59,184 nt of DNA, filler included, from 5 parts of 5 records of this genome joined end to end with filler, not necessarily neighbours in it, one strand, 5' to 3'; counted from the whole stretch's first letter, positions 37,167-47,826 are shown. Translations and numbers: made by a program. The notes: generated from the sequence alone by a model not told the origin.

Positions 37167-38273
37167 TTAATGTTCTTCTTCAACTACTGCCATTCCAATA
37201 AATAGTGATGATAACAATGTGAAAATATATGCTTGCAAAGCAGCTACTAACAACTCAAGTGTAAACATTACTATTGTTAAAAGTACTGAAACGGGTGATA
37301 TATAAATAGATTTTAAAATGAAAATTAATGAAATCAAACTTAAAATAATAATATGCCCGGCTGTAATATTTGCTAAAAGACGTATCATTAATGCAAAAGG
37401 CTTTGTAAATAGGCCAACAATTTCAACGGGAATCAGTAATACTTTAACAAAAAAAGGAACTCCTGGCGCAACTAAAGTGTGTCGCCAATAGCTTCTGCTT
37501 CCATTAATATTAGTGATAAAAAAAGTAATTAATGCTAAAACCATCGTTACCGAGATATTTCCTGTAAAATTACTTCCTCCTGGAAAAAATGGCACTAGTC
37601 CAATTAAATTATTAATCCAGATAAAAAAGAACACAGTGAGCAAATATGGCGCATACTTTTTACCTTTTTCTTTTCCTATTTGCATGTCGATAATATCCTC
37701 CTTAACAAATAGAATTACAGGCTCTAATAAAGACTGGATACCACTCGGTTTACTAGGCTTAGATCCGCTGTATTTTTTGGCAACAGAAATAAAAACCCAA
37801 ATTAATACCACAATAGAAATCCACATAGACCATACATTTCTTTTCAAAGAAAAATCAATGGGTGATGCATTAAGAATATGTCCATGTTCATCTTTATCTA
37901 CAGTCCCATTTTTATCTGTATTATATATTTTCCCATGATGGTATAGAAAATATGATCCCTGACATTCTGCAATATGTGTATGATGATCAAACCGAGAGTA
38001 TAGAAAAAAATGTAATTTGCCGCTACTATATAAAATAATGGGTAATGGAATTTCGATATGCTTTTCATTTTCTCCTTCACCCCAACTAACAACATGCCAC
38101 GAATGTGCATCCGAAATATGATGCATAATAAGTTCGGTAGGATCAAACCCATCATAAGATTGTTCACTCTTGTGACCTTCTGAATCTGACGCTTGTATAT
38201 TCAGAATGAATGCAAATAATATTACTAAAGAATAAAGAAATTTTCTCATTTCCGAATTATTTCTAATCATCAA
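37167..38273 (-). CDS. atpB: ATP synthase F0 a subunit with the long Bacteroidota N-terminal extension
   Basis: HHISDAH, KPFALMIRLLANITAGH, LELLVAALQAYIF. Start may be MRKFL, 8 codons in. Confidence 0.95.
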   Translation of the reverse strand: MMIRNNSEMRKFLYSLVILFAFILNIQASDSEGHKSEQSYDGFDPTELIMHHISDAHSWHVVSWGEGENEKHIEIPLPIILYSSGKLHFFLYSRFDHHTHIAECQGSYFLYHHGKIYNTDKNGTVDKDEHGHILNASPIDFSLKRNVWSMWISIVVLIWVFISVAKKYSGSKPSKPSGIQSLLEPVILFVKEDIIDMQIGKEKGKKYAPYLLTVFFFIWINNLIGLVPFFPGGSNFTGNISVTMVLALITFFITNINGSRSYWRHTLVAPGVPFFVKVLLIPVEIVGLFTKPFALMIRLLANITAGHIIILSLISLIFILKSIYISPVSVLLTIVMFTLELLVAALQAYIFTLLSSLFIGMAVVEEEH

Positions 38274-38281
38274 TTCTTAAA

Positions 38282-38650
38282 TCAGGCCTCTTTAATGATT
38301 GTAAGAACATAAAATAGCAAATAAATAAGATAATTTATCATAAATGCAATTGACAGTTCTTCTTTATATAAATCACTTTTTGAAATAATGCTCACTACAA
38401 AAATTAATGCAACCAGCATTTTAAAGCCTAAACCTAATAGAATAAAAACCAGCTTTTTGGACACAAACAAACTTCCCAGATATTTTGTTGCCCATATAAC
38501 AAAAATGTACAAACCAAATACGAAAACCTGAATATAGATCAGATCTTTCAATATTTGATTGAAATACAATTTACCAATTATTATATTACTCAACAACAAT
38601 ATAATGAATATTGGCAAATAAGTTTTAAGAAGTGAAACTATAGCTTTCAA
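38282..38650 (-). CDS. AtpI-like four-TM membrane protein
   Basis: 122 aa, four hydrophobic segments, directly upstream of atpB. TTG start. Confidence 0.6.
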   Translation of the reverse strand: MKAIVSLLKTYLPIFIILLLSNIIIGKLYFNQILKDLIYIQVFVFGLYIFVIWATKYLGSLFVSKKLVFILLGLGFKMLVALIFVVSIISKSDLYKEELSIAFMINYLIYLLFYVLTIIKEA

Positions 38651-38656
38651 GCCATG

Positions 38657-39043
38657 TTACTTTTTATCTTGTACAGGAGGTGTTATTTGCTTGCCTGCAG
38701 GATTACTTCCCATTTGACAATTTCCTGTAAAAATTGCTCCTGGCTCAATAGTTAGTTTAACGGTTTTAATGTCTCCAAATAATTTTGAAGATGCCTTTAA
38801 AGACAATAATTCACTAACCAAAATTTTACCTTCTAAGTTACCTGAAACTTCAGCATTTGAACAGTTAACTTCCCCTTTTACTTTACCATTAGGACCAACT
38901 ACCACTTTACCTTTAGACTGAATATTACCTTCTATTTCGCCATCTATACGTATATCTCCGTTGGTTTCAATATTCCCGGTAATTTTAGTTCCAGACCCAA
39001 TCATATTAGGTAATTTACTTTCTGGTTCGTATGATTTTGCCAT
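38657..39043 (-). CDS. Bactofilin (polymer-forming cytoskeletal protein)
   Basis: IGSGTKITGNI..DIRIDGEIEGNI..LTIEPGAIFTGNCQM beta-helix repeats. Confidence 0.93.
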   Translation of the reverse strand: MAKSYEPESKLPNMIGSGTKITGNIETNGDIRIDGEIEGNIQSKGKVVVGPNGKVKGEVNCSNAEVSGNLEGKILVSELLSLKASSKLFGDIKTVKLTIEPGAIFTGNCQMGSNPAGKQITPPVQDKK

Positions 39044-39180
39044 TTTTACAGATTTTAGCTTAAATATTTGACTAAATATTTTTCAAAGAAAATAAAAAAA
39101 AGAAAACTTTATTCATAATCGAAGAGACTTTTCAGAACATGAAATCCAAACTCTAAGATTTATAAATAAATATACGTTTT

Positions 39181-40998
39181 CTAATTTAATAATTCTTTAA
39201 TTTTTTTCATTTGTATTTCTTTATTTACTTGTCGCAGTTTTTTCGCAGTTTCAGTATAGTAAACATGTTTAGACAAAAATTGATATTGTTTTTTATTCCA
39301 TTCTTTTTGGGAAATCTTACCATTATAATGACATAGTTCTTCCCAAAGTTTTTCAGAGAGAGGTATAAAATCAGGCCTTCCTAAATAATCCAAGTCGGCA
39401 TCTTTCATAATTTTTTCCATCAAGACTGAAGGTTCTGTTGTTGATTCTGTAACCATAATTAATTGATTTATGGCTTCAATCTCATTGGAACTATAATTAT
39501 AATGCGGTAACATTTCTTTAGCAAATCGAACACTTTGTTGCTCATGTCTTAAAGGGTTAATCATATATCCAGTATCATGAAATAAAGCTGCTGTTTTAAG
39601 TATCAATAACTCTTTACTACTCAACCCTTCAGCTCTACCAATAACTTCAACTTGTGTACACACATCAATCGTATGCTTAACATTATGATACTTTAAAGAA
39701 GATGGTAATTCATTTCTCATTTGTGTTAATACGGCCTCTTCAACATCGTTATATCTTATCCATTGTAGTTTAGTAAAAAAATCTTCATTAGGAAAAACAC
39801 CCTCTTCATTTACAGATAAATGAGGAACAATACCCTTTACAAAATACATATCGGTTTCTCCTTTATATTTTATAGGCATCTTACCTCTATATTCACAGAC
39901 AAAGAAGTCTTTTATCAACTGATAAGTAACTCCTGAAATATTGATTTTACCTGCTACCCCTGAAGACTCCATTCTACTTGCAATATTTACAGAATCTCCC
40001 CAAATATCAAAAGACAATTTTTTCCTCCCGATTACTCCAGATATAACAGGACCTGTATGTATGCCAATTCTTAATTCCCAAAAATCCTTACCGTTCTTTC
40101 TAGCATCATTACCCGTATCTTGCATATACCTTTGCATTTCAATAGCAGCCAACACAACTTCTATCGGATTAGTTCTGTTTTTTTCGGGAAGGCCACCTGC
40201 ACACATATAGGCATCGCCAATGGTTTTTATCTTTTCAATTTTATATTTATCGGCCACTTCATCAAAATGAATAAAGAAACGATCTAATTCATCAATTAAA
40301 GTTTCTGGATTCATATGCTCAACTATTTTAGTAAATCCCTGGATATCTGCAAACAAAACAGTTACCTTTTCATACTTTACAGAAGCTTTATGCGTCAGTC
40401 TTCTATTATCGAAAGCATCGTCATCATCTTTGTTTAAATACTTTTTTAAAAGCGGTGCAATGGAGTCCTGATGAAAGCTACTCACTTTTTTATTTAAAAC
40501 ATTTAAAAAACCAAATTTTAGAATAACCAGTGATAGAACTACGACTATTATTAGAATTATAGAAGAAACTAGATAATGATAATCAATTCTATTAATATTT
40601 ATTGTAACGCTTTGTTGAACAGCTTGTTCTCTTCTAACTTTAAAAACATAAGTTCCACTTTCTAAATTTTCATAAGAAGTTATGTTTTCATATGTCCATC
40701 GAGTAGTATCTATATCTATTCCCGATAAATAATAATTTAGCAAAGAAATTTCTTTTTTGCTTTGAGGTGCCAGATTAAATACAAGCATCTGACCTTTGTA
40801 TTGATCAATAAAAATAGTATCATTTGCTTTATCCAAAGTAAAAGTATCATCCTCAATAGTAATAAATTGAACAACACTTTTGTTAATAGCGAATATATTA
40901 CCAGTGCTAAGAAATACTATTATTATTGAAATACAGTGAACTTTTGTATAAGGTTTTCGTACAAATGGTAGTAAAAAATTAAGGCACGAAAAATTCAT
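39181..40998 (-). CDS. Membrane class III nucleotide cyclase fused to a C-terminal HD domain
   Basis: Y_Y_Y-like YENLESGTYVFKV, TM helix, VLFADIQGFT, KIKTIGDAYM, FDIWGDSVNIASRMES, then YHNVKHT..AALFHDTG..KDADLDYLG. Start uncertain (40998 or 41058). Confidence 0.9.
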   Translation of the reverse strand: MNFSCLNFLLPFVRKPYTKVHCISIIIVFLSTGNIFAINKSVVQFITIEDDTFTLDKANDTIFIDQYKGQMLVFNLAPQSKKEISLLNYYLSGIDIDTTRWTYENITSYENLESGTYVFKVRREQAVQQSVTININRIDYHYLVSSIILIIVVVLSLVILKFGFLNVLNKKVSSFHQDSIAPLLKKYLNKDDDDAFDNRRLTHKASVKYEKVTVLFADIQGFTKIVEHMNPETLIDELDRFFIHFDEVADKYKIEKIKTIGDAYMCAGGLPEKNRTNPIEVVLAAIEMQRYMQDTGNDARKNGKDFWELRIGIHTGPVISGVIGRKKLSFDIWGDSVNIASRMESSGVAGKINISGVTYQLIKDFFVCEYRGKMPIKYKGETDMYFVKGIVPHLSVNEEGVFPNEDFFTKLQWIRYNDVEEAVLTQMRNELPSSLKYHNVKHTIDVCTQVEVIGRAEGLSSKELLILKTAALFHDTGYMINPLRHEQQSVRFAKEMLPHYNYSSNEIEAINQLIMVTESTTEPSVLMEKIMKDADLDYLGRPDFIPLSEKLWEELCHYNGKISQKEWNKKQYQFLSKHVYYTETAKKLRQVNKEIQMKKIKELLN

Positions 40999-41079
40999 TA
41001 AATCGTTAATTATTGATTTTTTATCAAAAGTAGTATATTTATTTCGCAAAATAACCATTGTATTTTAATAAACTATTAA

Positions 41080-41910
41080 ATGGAGAAGTCTGAAAACATA
41101 ATACTGGTTCCTTACGATTTTACGGAAGTTGCCATGCATGCAATTCTGCACGCTAAAGATTTAACGCAAAAAAATAATGCTGAAATCTGTTTACTTCATA
41201 TAGTAAAAAAAGATACAGATTTGGAAGAGGCAACCAAAAAATTAGATCAGAAGAAGGAAGAAATAAAGTCAACATACGGAATTGATGTTTCCTTTGCAGT
41301 TAGAGAGGGTACAATCTTTAAAACCATAAACGAATATGCGGAAGAAAACAATGCACTTATTGTAGTTATGGGAACGCATGGCATTAAAGGATTGCAAAAA
41401 CTAACTGGCAGTTGGGCTCTAAAAGTAATCATAGGTTCTAAAATCCCTTACCTTGTGGTTCAAGATAAGCCTAACAGCAACGATGTAAAAAAAGTTGTTT
41501 TTCCAGTTGATTTTAAAACTGAAAATAAGGAAAAGCTATATTGGGCAGAATTCTTATCTAAGTTTTTAAAGACCAAAGTTTATTTATTTAGCAGTTCTAC
41601 AAAAGACGGTGTAATTGAACCCAGAACAAAAGCAAATCTGGTTTTTTGTAAAAATTTTCTTGAAGAAAAAGGTATCGATTATGAACTATCCTTGTCGGAA
41701 GGCAAAGGTTCATTTTCGAATGAAACTATATCATTTGCACACCAAATCGAGGCTTCTGCAATTATTATAATGACTACAAGAGATATTGCTTTCCATGATT
41801 ATGTTTTAGGAGCTAATGAACAACAGATAATAGCGAATAGTTCAAAAGTTCCTGTTATGGTAATAAATCCAAGAACAGATTTAATGAAATATGGATATGG
41901 AGGTTTTTAA
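41080..41910 (+). CDS. Universal stress protein (tandem USP domains)
   Basis: ILVPYDFT, IVVMGTHG, VVFPVDF, VPVMVI. Confidence 0.9.
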   Translation: MEKSENIILVPYDFTEVAMHAILHAKDLTQKNNAEICLLHIVKKDTDLEEATKKLDQKKEEIKSTYGIDVSFAVREGTIFKTINEYAEENNALIVVMGTHGIKGLQKLTGSWALKVIIGSKIPYLVVQDKPNSNDVKKVVFPVDFKTENKEKLYWAEFLSKFLKTKVYLFSSSTKDGVIEPRTKANLVFCKNFLEEKGIDYELSLSEGKGSFSNETISFAHQIEASAIIIMTTRDIAFHDYVLGANEQQIIANSSKVPVMVINPRTDLMKYGYGGF

Positions 41911-41930
41911 AAAATAAATCTAAAATATTG

Positions 41931-41961
41931 AAACAACGACACTCAGTCGTTGTTTTTTTTT
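41931..41961 (+). terminator. Intrinsic terminator after the USP gene
   Basis: AAACAACGAC-ACTCA-GTCGTTGTTT plus a T run. Confidence 0.85.
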
Positions 41962-41973
41962 GCAGTAAATAAA

Positions 41974-41981
41974 TACTTTTG
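41974..41981 (+). promoter_or_regulatory. Bacteroidota -7 element for rdgB-porZ
   Basis: TACTTTTG 26 nt upstream of the ATG at 42008. Confidence 0.55.
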
Positions 41982-42007
41982 TTCGACAAAATAACGTTAT
42001 AACATTT

Positions 42008-42595
42008 ATGGAACTTGTTTTTGCAACAAATAATTTAAATAAACTGGAAGAAATAAAACAGTTATTAAACAACAAAACTATACAAATCAAAAGCTTAAGT
42101 GATATTAATTATTCAGAAGATATTCCGGAAACAGGTATTACTTTAGAACAAAATGCATCTCAAAAGTCACATTATATCACAGATAAATTCAATATAAATT
42201 GTTTTGCTGATGATACAGGATTAGAAATAGAAGCATTAAATGGAGAACCTGGAGTTTACAGTGCCAGATATGCAGGCGAAGATAAAAATGCAATGAAAAA
42301 CATGCAGAAAGTTTTAACAAACATGTCTGGTATGTCAAATCGCAATGCAAGATTTAGAACAGTTATATCTTTACTCATTGATAAAAATGAAGTTCTTTTT
42401 GAAGGTGTAGTCAAAGGTGAAATTGCACTTACACAAACTGGTTCAAAAGGATTTGGTTATGATCCAATTTTTATTCCAGATGGATATGATGTTTCCTTTG
42501 CTGAAATGGATTTAAATGAAAAAAACAAAATAAGCCATAGAGCTAAAGCTGTAGAAAAGCTTGTAAATTATCTTAATACTAATTTCGACAAATAA
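42008..42595 (+). CDS. rdgB: Non-canonical purine NTP pyrophosphatase (RdgB/HAM1)
   Basis: FATNNLNK, ADDTGL, PGVYSARYAG, GFGYDPIF, KNKISHR. Confidence 0.95.
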   Translation: MELVFATNNLNKLEEIKQLLNNKTIQIKSLSDINYSEDIPETGITLEQNASQKSHYITDKFNINCFADDTGLEIEALNGEPGVYSARYAGEDKNAMKNMQKVLTNMSGMSNRNARFRTVISLLIDKNEVLFEGVVKGEIALTQTGSKGFGYDPIFIPDGYDVSFAEMDLNEKNKISHRAKAVEKLVNYLNTNFDK

Positions 42596-42601
42596 TATAA
42601 A

Positions 42602-45001
42602 ATGCCTAATTATAGATATATATTTATTTTATTCCTTTCTATTTCTTCTGTATACCTTAAAGCTCAAACTTCTGTTGGTAGCTGGAATGATTACTTTTCA
42701 TATAATAATGTTCATTGTCTAGCTGAAAATTCTAAATATATATTTGCCGCTTCTGAAATTGGCATGTTTTCTTATGATAAAGAAGAATATTATATTACTG
42801 AGTATACTAAATCTAAAGGACTACATGATGTATCTATAAGCACAATTGCAAAAATACCAAATTCAGATGATCTTTTAATTGCATACGCAAACGGAAACTT
42901 TGATATTTTAAACAGCGATGGAAGTATCTCCAACATTCCTGATTTAAAAATGAAGTCTTTATCCTATAGTAAAGAAATTAATGATATTTATTTTTTCGAC
43001 AATAAGGCTTATTGTTCAACCGATTTCGGCATCCTTGTTTTAGATTACAGGCAAGAAGAAATTTATGATACCTATTACATTGGGGATGAATCTTTAAATA
43101 TGAAAGTTAATGAAATTTCAATACATAATGATACAATATATGCTGCTACTGAAAATGGAATCCTTGCTGCACCTATTAACAGTAATAGTCTTAATTATTA
43201 TAAAACGTGGAAACTCGTTAGTAATAATACAAAGGAATATTTAGCAATAGAAGTATTTAAAGATCAATTAATTGCTATAATGAAAAACAGCAATAAAGGT
43301 GATATATTTATTTTAAACGATAATGCTTGGAGCAAATGGCAAACAATGCCTAATTTTAAAAAAATTGTAAACTTCAATAATCTATTAGCAATAATTTCCA
43401 ATGATTCAATTAGCCTATACAATGATATTCTTTCAAAGCCTTCTATTATAAAAGAATATGATATTGAAGACTCTAATTACAATCCTTCTTTTACTGATAT
43501 TTTTATTGAAATAAATGACAATATTTTTATTGGAGATGCAAACAATGGATTATTCAAGAAAAGTGAATTATTTGATATTAAATTAACCCCAGATTGCCCC
43601 GCATCCAATGAAAGTTTAAAGGTAGCTGCTACATCAAATTCATTATGGACCGTTCCCGGAAATTACCATTTAGTTTCTCCAAAATTTAAAATGGGAGAAT
43701 GTTCCATTTTAAAAAATAATAAATGGACAATATACAATCAATACACAGACACTATTATTACAAGTAAAGACACTATTTTACTTAAGAAAACAAGGAACTT
43801 TAATGATATCGCAATAGACCCTACAAATAATAATCATGTTTTTATTAGTAGTGCTCATAGCGGGATTTTTGAATTTTTAGATGAGAAATTAATTGCCCAA
43901 TATGATCAGACTAATAGTACAATACTTAATACTGGTGGCTGGAAACTGGTTAATGGGTTAGTTTTTGATAATGAAGGAAACCTATTTATTAATAATCAGT
44001 GTAGTTACGGTCCTATAAAGGTAAAACCTCATTCTATTACAAATAGCAACAAAGAGAATGACTTCGGATGGTTTATCTATAACTATGAAACCTTTGATAT
44101 AGATAGTTCAACACCATGGTTAAGACAATCAATATCTACTTCATGGAATCACTTTTGGTGTATTTCGGCAAGAAACCCTGAAGGTCTTTTTGTCTATTCC
44201 CATAATGGAACTATTGATATCGATTCAGATGACGATTATCGATACGCCGGAAATGTCAATAGTAGTGGAAATGCTAAATTATTAATTTGGGATGAGTATG
44301 GGGAAGAAATAAAAACAAGTCCTTTATGTTTAGCTGAGGATCAAAATGGTTATATATGGTTAGGAACAAGTACTGGATTATTAGTATATTACAGACCTCG
44401 ACAAATATTTGAAACTGATAAACCAATAGCTTCACGTATTAAAATACCAAGAAATGATGGAAGTGGATTAGCGGATTATTTGTTGGAAAACGAGTCTATA
44501 AACACTATTGCTGTTGATGGAGCAAACAGAAAATGGATTGGAACCAATAATGGTGTTTATTTAATTTCGCAAGATGGTAGCAGTACACTTTTAAAATTTA
44601 CTCTAGACAATAGTCCTCTTATCTCAAATATTATTAACTCAATTGCTATAAATCCTGAAACAGGAGAAGTGTTTATTGCCACTAATAAAGGAATTCAATC
44701 ATATAAAGGAACAGCAACTCAAGGTGAAGAATCTTTTAATAACATATATGCTTTTCCAAATCCCGTTCAACCGGGATACCAAGGCATTATAACTATAAAA
44801 GGACTCATTGAAGACTCCTCTGTTAGAATTACAGATATTTCAGGTAAATTAGTTTTTCAAGCTATATCAACAGGAGGGCAAATGGCTTGGAATGGAAAGA
44901 ATGTATATAACGAACGAGTAAAAAGCGGAGTATATTTAGTATTTGCAACCAACGAAGATGGATCTGAGTCCATGGTTACCAAAATAATGGTTATTAAATA
45001 G
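42602..45001 (+). CDS. porZ: Type IX secretion system PorZ-like protein
   Basis: Signal peptide, VGSWNDYFSY, beta-propellers, IAVDGANRKWIGT, and a T9SS C-terminal domain (IYAFPNPV..KSGVYLV..KIMVIK). Confidence 0.85.
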   Translation: MPNYRYIFILFLSISSVYLKAQTSVGSWNDYFSYNNVHCLAENSKYIFAASEIGMFSYDKEEYYITEYTKSKGLHDVSISTIAKIPNSDDLLIAYANGNFDILNSDGSISNIPDLKMKSLSYSKEINDIYFFDNKAYCSTDFGILVLDYRQEEIYDTYYIGDESLNMKVNEISIHNDTIYAATENGILAAPINSNSLNYYKTWKLVSNNTKEYLAIEVFKDQLIAIMKNSNKGDIFILNDNAWSKWQTMPNFKKIVNFNNLLAIISNDSISLYNDILSKPSIIKEYDIEDSNYNPSFTDIFIEINDNIFIGDANNGLFKKSELFDIKLTPDCPASNESLKVAATSNSLWTVPGNYHLVSPKFKMGECSILKNNKWTIYNQYTDTIITSKDTILLKKTRNFNDIAIDPTNNNHVFISSAHSGIFEFLDEKLIAQYDQTNSTILNTGGWKLVNGLVFDNEGNLFINNQCSYGPIKVKPHSITNSNKENDFGWFIYNYETFDIDSSTPWLRQSISTSWNHFWCISARNPEGLFVYSHNGTIDIDSDDDYRYAGNVNSSGNAKLLIWDEYGEEIKTSPLCLAEDQNGYIWLGTSTGLLVYYRPRQIFETDKPIASRIKIPRNDGSGLADYLLENESINTIAVDGANRKWIGTNNGVYLISQDGSSTLLKFTLDNSPLISNIINSIAINPETGEVFIATNKGIQSYKGTATQGEESFNNIYAFPNPVQPGYQGIITIKGLIEDSSVRITDISGKLVFQAISTGGQMAWNGKNVYNERVKSGVYLVFATNEDGSESMVTKIMVIK

Positions 45002-45012
45002 CTATAATTTTT

Positions 45013-45041
45013 AGCAATTGTAATAAGCAATTGTAATTTTG
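45013..45041 (+). promoter_or_regulatory. Tandem AGCAATTGTAAT repeat overlapping a -7 promoter element
   Basis: Copies at 45013-45024 and 45026-45037; TAATTTTG at 45034-45041. Confidence 0.5.
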
Positions 45042-45077
45042 CAATAAAAGCATTCATCATTTATTGCAAATAGTTTT

Positions 45078-47825
45078 ATGAATAAAAAAGTTGTTTATAG
45101 CTTAGTGTCTTTAATTCTTATTACTGGACTAATAGTTACCTATTTTTATTTATCTAATTTTAAAAATTATAAAAACAATATTACAATTAAGGCTGTACCT
45201 ACAGATGCTGCCATAATCTTTCAGATTAAGTCTCCTTTAAAAACAATAGATTTAATAACCGAGAAACTAGAGTATACAGAAACCCTCAGTAACAGTTTTG
45301 ATTGGTTTCAAAGTTTAAACCTGTTCTTTCATACATTTCAACAAGACTCAATCTTTAATTCATCTTCTACAAAAAAATTATTAAATAGACCTCTGACCAT
45401 ATCATTACATAATACAGGAAATGAAAATATTAACTCCTTATTTTTAATTCCAATTAGTAATAAAGCAGAACAATCAGAGATTATTAACTTCATAGAGAAC
45501 GAGATTACTAGTTGGAATATTTCAAAGAGAAAATATAATTCAACAAACATATATGCACTTAAAAAGAAAAATAATGAAGGTGCACCCTATTATTTATCCT
45601 TTTATGAAGGAATATTAATAGTAGGAAAAAGTACAATTTTAATAGAAAATTCTCTACGACAATTAAGAACCAAGTTTTCACTTATAGAGGATAAAGTATT
45701 TGCACAACTATATAAAACAAGTGGTAATAATACACACGCAAATGCATTTATTAATTTTAGCTATTTTCCAGACCTATTAAGACCAACATTTAACCAAAAT
45801 AGTAAAACTTCAATTGATGTTTTAAGAAACCTTTCGGACTGGGCAGAGCTAGATATTAACCTTTATAAATCAAATACTTTAATAAATGGTTTTATTAACT
45901 CTTCAAATCAAAACAAACTACACAAACTATTTAAGGGAATAAATCCAAATTCTTCAAGAATTACAGAAGTTATTCCAGACAATAATATCTGCCTTCTTTC
46001 CTACAGCTATGATAACAGTCAAAAGTTAAAACAAAACTATATTGATTATCTTAATACGGAGAATAAAGGTTCAACAATTAAGACTAAAATAGAAGATCTT
46101 AATTTAGACATTCAATTTAATGAAGCTATAAATAAGGTATTTTCAAATATAGAAGAAGAATTTGCGCTAGTATATGATAATGTAATCCAGCAATCGGTCA
46201 AAACTCATACATGCTTTATAGCAAAAACAAAAAGTAAATCTAAAACCCAAGATTTAATCTCAAAATTAAATTCACAGTCAATAGAACCTTATTCGTATTA
46301 CGAAATAGACAGTGAATCAAAACACCCAATATATAAAAATAAAGCAGCTAGTATAATTCCATATTTATTAGAATTATACTGCAAACACGTGCCTAGTAAG
46401 TATTATACATTCATTGATAATTACATTGTGTTCTCCGATTCTGAGAAATCATTACATTCATTCATATATCACAATGTTTTAAACAAAACTCTTAACGAAA
46501 ACGATCATTACAGAAACTTTACCGAAAATTTTTCTTACAAAGACAACATTTTTATATACTGCAAACCAGCTGAGTTAAGTTCCATTTTTGAAGCCCAAAG
46601 CAACTTTTCGATTCTTAATCCAAATAAAGAACAAAAAAAGACCCTTAATGAATTCTATGGATTGGGAATACAAATAGCTAATAATAATGAATTATTTTAT
46701 ACTAATATTAGCTTTCAGCACAATCCAATACAGTCTAAAGAACCACAAACTATATGGCAAAGTGGTCTTGATAGTACAGTAAATAAAAAGCCAACTTTAG
46801 TTCTTAATCACTATACAAAAGAGAAAGAAATTCTTGTTCAGGACAATGCAAACAAATTATATTTAATATCGAACTCTGGAAGAGTACTATGGAAAAAACA
46901 ATTAGAGGGACCTATCCTTAGTGACATACATCAAATTGATTACTACAGAAATAATAAATTACAGTATCTCTTTAATACAGCAAATAAAATCTATTTACTG
47001 GATAGAAATGGTAATAATGTTGATAAATATCCAATACTTTTAGCCAATCAGGCAACAAATGGACTAGCCTTATTTGATTACGACAATAATAGGAATTACA
47101 GAATCTTTATCGCTTGTTCAGATTTTAAGACCTATGTTTTTAATAAATCAGGTAAAAAAATTACAGGATGGAAAGCTAATAAAAGTGAAGGAATTATTTC
47201 AAAACCAATTCAACACTTTCGAGTTCAAGGGAAAGATTGTATTGTATTTTCTGATGATAAAAGAAACTATATTTTTAATCGTAAAGGCCAAGAAAGAGTT
47301 AAAATCAAAAACGATTTTATAACTAACAATAACAGTTTATTTTATTTAGAAATTGATAATGGAGAACCATACTTAGTAACATCTGATCGCAATTGTAACG
47401 CCAAAAAGATTAATTTAAATACAGGAGTAACCTCACAGGTTGAACTAATCAGCTCGAATGATAAACATCAATTTATCGCTAGTAACATAGATAAATCACC
47501 AAGTTTAGAGTATATCCTATTAACCAAAAACAATTTGATAGTTTATAATAACACAGGTAGTAAATTATTTAAAACTTCAATAGAAGGAAATATTTTACCA
47601 CAAGCAGATATTTACCAGTTCTCATCAGTAAATAAAAAAATTGGAGTGTATAATAATGAAAACCACCAAATATACCTATTTAATAATAATGGGTCAATTT
47701 ATAAGGATTTCCCTTTAAGCGGAAAATCCAGGTTTAGTATTGGTTTTTTAGAACAAAACAGTACTGACTTTAATTTAATTGTTGGCGGTGAAAATAACTT
47801 TTTGTACAACTATAAAGTTAATTAA
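45078..47825 (+). CDS. Large membrane-anchored hypothetical protein (DUF3352-like, C-terminal beta-propeller-like region)
   Basis: 915 aa, N-terminal TM anchor, repeats such as QIDYYRNNKLQYLF and LFDYDNNRNYRIF. Confidence 0.7.
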   Translation: MNKKVVYSLVSLILITGLIVTYFYLSNFKNYKNNITIKAVPTDAAIIFQIKSPLKTIDLITEKLEYTETLSNSFDWFQSLNLFFHTFQQDSIFNSSSTKKLLNRPLTISLHNTGNENINSLFLIPISNKAEQSEIINFIENEITSWNISKRKYNSTNIYALKKKNNEGAPYYLSFYEGILIVGKSTILIENSLRQLRTKFSLIEDKVFAQLYKTSGNNTHANAFINFSYFPDLLRPTFNQNSKTSIDVLRNLSDWAELDINLYKSNTLINGFINSSNQNKLHKLFKGINPNSSRITEVIPDNNICLLSYSYDNSQKLKQNYIDYLNTENKGSTIKTKIEDLNLDIQFNEAINKVFSNIEEEFALVYDNVIQQSVKTHTCFIAKTKSKSKTQDLISKLNSQSIEPYSYYEIDSESKHPIYKNKAASIIPYLLELYCKHVPSKYYTFIDNYIVFSDSEKSLHSFIYHNVLNKTLNENDHYRNFTENFSYKDNIFIYCKPAELSSIFEAQSNFSILNPNKEQKKTLNEFYGLGIQIANNNELFYTNISFQHNPIQSKEPQTIWQSGLDSTVNKKPTLVLNHYTKEKEILVQDNANKLYLISNSGRVLWKKQLEGPILSDIHQIDYYRNNKLQYLFNTANKIYLLDRNGNNVDKYPILLANQATNGLALFDYDNNRNYRIFIACSDFKTYVFNKSGKKITGWKANKSEGIISKPIQHFRVQGKDCIVFSDDKRNYIFNRKGQERVKIKNDFITNNNSLFYLEIDNGEPYLVTSDRNCNAKKINLNTGVTSQVELISSNDKHQFIASNIDKSPSLEYILLTKNNLIVYNNTGSKLFKTSIEGNILPQADIYQFSSVNKKIGVYNNENHQIYLFNNNGSIYKDFPLSGKSRFSIGFLEQNSTDFNLIVGGENNFLYNYKVN

Positions 47826-47826
47826 T

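Noticed and set aside
39181-40998. Pycsar/CBASS-type anti-phage system
   Set aside because: The cyclase is receptor-like with ATP-type specificity residues, has no adjacent effector gene and sits among housekeeping genes.
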